Source: Scenedesmus sp. PABB004
Taxonomy: Eukaryota
Length of the DNA: 64,000 bases
NCBI GenBank assembly: GCA_014905635.1
Contig: JABVCE010000007.1
Location: forward strand, 248,001-312,000
Direction of reading: 5' to 3'
Under the pieces are notes generated by a model that was not told the DNA's origin, did no database searches, and worked only from the letters and a program-made list of their open reading frames with translations. Both the position numbers and the translations under genes were made by a program. Shown here piece after piece: positions 59,994-64,000 of the stretch (positions within the stretch are counted from its first letter, which is position 1; every line of letters begins with the position of its first letter).

Positions 59994-62900
59994 ATGGAGG
60001 ACATGGGGCACGACCCCGCCTTCGTCGATGAGCCCGGCAGCGAGGACTTTGAGCACGCTGCTGCCGAGCTGCACGCCGGGGAGGCGCTCCACGAAGGCCT
60101 GGACTCGCCGTTCGAGGTGCGCGTCGTGGCGTGACGACGACGGCGCCGGGACGCAGCGCCGCCGCGCGGCGCGGCGCGCCGGCGCCCGCTGCTGCCCGCT
60201 GCTGCCGGGCGCCAACCGCCCCGCGCCCGGCCGCCGGCGGCAGCAGGAGCGGGACGGCGGGGAGGAGGCGGGCCCCTACAAGCACCACCACTCGCCGGAG
60301 CCGCCGCCGCCGCAGCCGGGCTCGCCGTCCGGCAGCGCGGGCGCCGCCTCGCTCGTGGGCGCCACGGCGGCGCTGCTGCTGCGCCTGCCCGGCGTGCGCG
60401 CGCTGAGCGTGCTCAATGCCACGCTGCTCGCGCTGCTGGGCCTCGGCGCGGCGCTCGCGGCGTGGGCGGGCGGCGCAGCGGTGCTGGCCGTGCTGCTCGC
60501 GAGGTGCGCGCGGCCCGGCGGCCGCGCCGGCGCACGCTCCCTCCCGCGCACGCGCGCGCCGCCCCCACCCCTCCCCGCCTCCCCGCGCCCCCGCCTCCCC
60601 GCCGCCGCCCGCCAGGTGGTACCTGCCGGCGCACGTCACCGCCGCGAGCCTGCCGCTGCACCTGGACTACGCCGCGGGCGCGGGCGCGGCGCGCGCGTGG
60701 GCGCCGCTGCTGCGCGCCACGCCGCTCACGGCGGCGCTGTCGCCGCCACCGCCGCCGCCGGGGCGCGCGCCCGGCGCGCCCGGCGCGCCGGGGTTGACCT
60801 TCACAGGCAGCCTCGGCCCGGGCGGCTCCTTCAGCGTGGCCAGCCCCGACGGCGGGCAGCAGGGCAGCCTCCTCGGCCCCGGCGGCGACGCGGCCGCCGC
60901 CGCCGCTGGCGCGCCGCGCCGGCGCGGCGCCGGGGGCGGCGCTGCGGCTGGCGGCGGCGGCGCCGCCGCCGCGGGCGGCGTGGACGTCGGCGGCGGCGCC
61001 GTGGTGCCGGCGGCGGACTGGCTCGTCCCGCTGCAGGGCCGCACGCGCGTCGTGATCGACCTCACCCTCCCGGCCTGGCCCGAGGCCGACCTGCTGCAGG
61101 CGCGGCGGCCGGCCGGCGGCGCCGCGGGCGGGGCAGGCGCCGCGCGCCGCCCGGCGACCGCAGCCCGCCGCACGGGCCGGCGCGCGCGGCGCGGCGTGGC
61201 GCCGCGGGCGGGGCAGGCGCCGCGCGCCGCCCGGAGACCGCAGCCCGCCGCACCGCCCACCGCCGCCGCCGCCGCGCCGCAGGTGACGGGCGAGCTGGTG
61301 TCGCAGCAGGGCATCGTCCTCGCGCGCGCGTCCCGCGCCTGGATGCCCAGGCGCCGCTCGCTGCTGCGCCGGCTCGCGAGCACGCTCCTGCTCGGCCCCT
61401 GGCGCGCGCTCGGCCTGCTGGACGACACCACGCGCGTCAGCCTGCCCCTGTTCGAGGCCTTTCAAAACCCCTCGCCCCCGCCCGGCGGCTGGGCCGCGGT
61501 GCCGGAGCTGCGCGACCCGCACCCGGCCCGGCCCGGCGGCGACGCGTGCGACGCAGCGGGCGGCGGCGGCGCCAAGGCGCCCGCGCGCGGCAAGGGCGGG
61601 ACGACGGCCGCGGGCGGCGGTGGGGGCCGGGGCACGCCGGCGGCGGAGGTCTCGGGGCCGCGCGCGATGTGGCTGCGCGTCAGCGTCGCTGGCCGCTCGC
61701 CCGGCGTTGGGCCGCCCAAGGTCTTCGCCGCCACGGCGCATCTGCGCGTGCGGCTGGGTGCGTGGCGCGCGGCGGCGCGTGCGCCGCTCCCTGCGCGCTG
61801 GCCCTGCGCACCGGCCGGCCAGCGGCAGCCGCCGCCGGCAGCGGCCGAGCGCGCCGCCCGCGCCGCGCCGCGCCCCGCCCGCCCCCCGCAGGCCTGCTGG
61901 ACTGGCTCGCGTCTGCGCTGCGGCCGTCGCTGCTGGTGTGCGCGCTGCTCGCAGTCGGGGGGCTGGGCCTCGCCGTCGGCGGCGGCGGCGCGGCGCTGGT
62001 GCTGCTGCCGCTCGCATACTGCGTGTACCGCCTGGGCGCGCCCGCGGCCGCCGGCGCGGCGCGGCGCGCCGCGCGCGGCGACGCCGCGGCGCCGGCGCCG
62101 CGCGGCGACGGCGACGCCGCGGCGCTCGAGGACGAGTGGGAGGAGGCCGGCGGCGAGTTTGGGCCCGACGACGGTGCCGGCAGCTCCGGCGGCAGCGGCA
62201 GCCCGCTCGCGTTTGGCGCCTCGCTCGACGGCGGGGCCCACCTGGACGGCCGCTTCGAGCCGTTTGGCGCCGACGGCGGCGCGGGCGCGTACTTTGAGCC
62301 CGGCGACGCCGCCGCCGACTTTTACGACGCCGCGAGCGACGCCACCGGCAGCGCGCGCAGCGCACGCAGCGGCAGCGCGCGCGGCGCCGGCGGCGCCGCG
62401 GCGGTGGAGCTGCAGCCGCTGCGCCGCGGCGGCGGCAGCAGCGCGAGCGCGAGCGCGAGCAGCGGCCGCTCCGACCACGCCGCCGCCGGCGGCGGCGGCG
62501 GCGGCGCCGTGTCTGCCATCTGGCGCATGCTGGGCCTGCAGCAGCAGCAGCAGGAGCCCGCGCCGCACGGCGGCGGCGCCGCCGCGGCGGGCGCGGCGGG
62601 CGGGCGGCGCGGGTGGGGCCCTGCCTCGGCGCTGGTGCTCGAGGGCGAGCACGACGGCCGCGGCTTTGCCGGCATCGCCGAGGGCGAGGACGAGGGCGCC
62701 GCGTCGCCGGGTGAGCGCAGCGGCGCGCGCGCGGGGGCGGGCCGGCGGCGCCGGCCGGGGCGCGGCGCCCGGCAGCGCGGCCGCGCCCGCGAATGCGCGC
62801 GTGCCGCAAGCGACCATCACCACGCCACAGGCGACCTGCCTTCCTGGCGCGGCGAGCTGCTGGCCGAGTCGGAGGAGGAGGGCGACGACGACGAGGCGTG

Positions 62901-63030
62901 GGCGCGGCAGGAGCACGCCGCCAAGGGCGCGGCCGCGGCGGGCGGCGTCGACGAGGACGAGGCCAGCACCGGCACGGGCGCGGCGGGGCTCTCGTCGCGG
63001 CGGCGGCTGGGCTACGCGTACCGCGCGTGA
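59994..63030 (+). CDS. Seipin (lipid droplet biogenesis protein), multi-exon
   Basis: TM segment then WYLP..LPLHLDY, VVIDLTLP..LLQ|VTGELVSQQGIVLARASRAWM..SLLRRLASTLLLGPW..G..VSLPLFEAF, PPKVFAATAHL, second TM segment, acidic tail. Confidence 0.75.
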
Positions 63031-63292
63031 GTGAGAGTTGTGTGTGCGTCCTGTACATCAGCGCCCGCGTCTTGCAATTGAGATCGCGCCGCGAGCGGCG
63101 CCCGCGACGCGGCGGTGCAGCGCGGCGGCGGGTCAGCGCGGCGGGTCAGCGCCCGCAGCCCCTGACCGGCTCGTGAGCGCTTCCCGGCCGCACAATCTGC
63201 GGATCGCGACCACCGCCGGCCCCTCGCGCGCTGCCAGCTGCGCGGCCGACGCCGCCATCAGCTCTCAATCAGCGCACGCCGCTGCAGCCAGC

Positions 63293-63994
63293 ATGCTCTG
63301 CGCACGCGCTCCGGCTCGCGCCGGCGTGGTGGTCCCGCGGTGCAGCAGTCAACCAGCGAGGGCAGTGAGCGCCGCGGCAGTGCGCGGCGGCGGCGGCAGC
63401 AGCGCGGAGCGGCAGCAGCAGCAGAGCGCGGCGGCGGCGGCGGCCCTCGTCGCGGCGGCGCTGCTGGCGCTCAGCCCGCCGGCGCTGGCCGAGGAGGACG
63501 AGTGCTTTGGCCCCACGTGCCTCAAGGCGGGGCGCGAGGCGATCGAAGCGCTCAAGGGCGTCAACGACGCGCAGAAGGCTAAGCTGAGCGCCGCGGAGGA
63601 CGCGTTCAGCACGAGCCCCACGCTCAAGGCGCTGCTGGAGCGGAGCGAGGCCAACCGCGCCAAGAACAAAAAGGCAATCGAGAACAAGTGCGGAGCGCGG
63701 CGGCTCACCTGCGGCCGGCCGGCCTCGCGCCGCGGCCGGCCTCGCGCCGGGACCCGGCGTCGCGCCGCGGCTGACCTCGTTCGCGCCCCGCGCGCGCGCA
63801 GGTACTGCTACCGCCAGGCGGAGCTCGGGATCGGCGACTGCGGCGGCCTGCGCCTGATCCCGGGGATGACCAAGAACGGCAAGCAGCCCACGCCCGAGTT
63901 CCTCCAAAAGGCGCTCGGGATCGAGGGCAAGATCCCAAAGCAGGAGGGCGAGGGCAAGACCATCGAGGAGCTGCTGGGGGGCGCGCCGGAGTGA
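63293..63994 (+). CDS. Small chloroplast protein, likely thylakoid-lumen, of unknown function; 2 exons
   Basis: Bipartite transit peptide ending ALLALSPPALA. Mature part LLERSEANRAKNKKAIENK|YCYRQAELGIGDCGGL. TGA at 63992. Confidence 0.7.
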   Translation: MLCARAPARAGVVVPRCSSQPARAVSAAAVRGGGGSSAERQQQQSAAAAAALVAAALLALSPPALAEEDECFGPTCLKAGREAIEALKGVNDAQKAKLSAAEDAFSTSPTLKALLERSEANRAKNKKAIENKCGARRLTCGRPASRRGRPRAGTRRRAAADLVRAPRARRYCYRQAELGIGDCGGLRLIPGMTKNGKQPTPEFLQKALGIEGKIPKQEGEGKTIEELLGGAPE

Positions 63995-64000
63995 TGCGTG

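Noticed and set aside
63293..63994. Call as PsaN
   Set aside because: Only the LLERSEANRAKN segment is reminiscent of PsaN; the remaining PsaN motifs are absent.

Overview
Very GC-rich, intron-rich eukaryotic nuclear DNA. Gene content (PsaG, light-dependent POR, OPR-like repeat protein), TGTAA poly(A) signals and frequent GC-AG introns point to a chlorophyte green alga, Sphaeropleales-like (inference). Most long ORFs in the supplied track are GC-shadow frames or read through introns, so genes were reconstructed by hand from splice sites and exon boundaries are approximate. About 20 host genes are present: HESO1-like nucleotidyltransferase, PsaG, GST, a secreted two-domain bacterial-type protein, OPR-like protein, RAD5/HLTF-like helicase, a double CBM1-GH9 cellulase, POR, beta-lactamase-family hydrolase, ArsS-like radical SAM, adenylate kinase, GATA factor, DOHH, EF-Ts, RsgA, a Zn-finger protein, seipin and a lumenal protein. 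An accessory region at ~7.5-16 kb holds a 5'-truncated, frameshifted LINE plus nested direct and inverted repeats. It also holds two spliced small genes that the ORF track misses. Each encodes a secreted prepropeptide with an identical signal peptide, an X-Ala/X-Pro-rich pro region and a different 4-Cys C-terminal core (CDWKCFGVCAWCGP vs MDDCWYCLLLGWTCQGSC). This toxin/pheromone-like hypervariable peptide family is the best candidate for an undescribed system.
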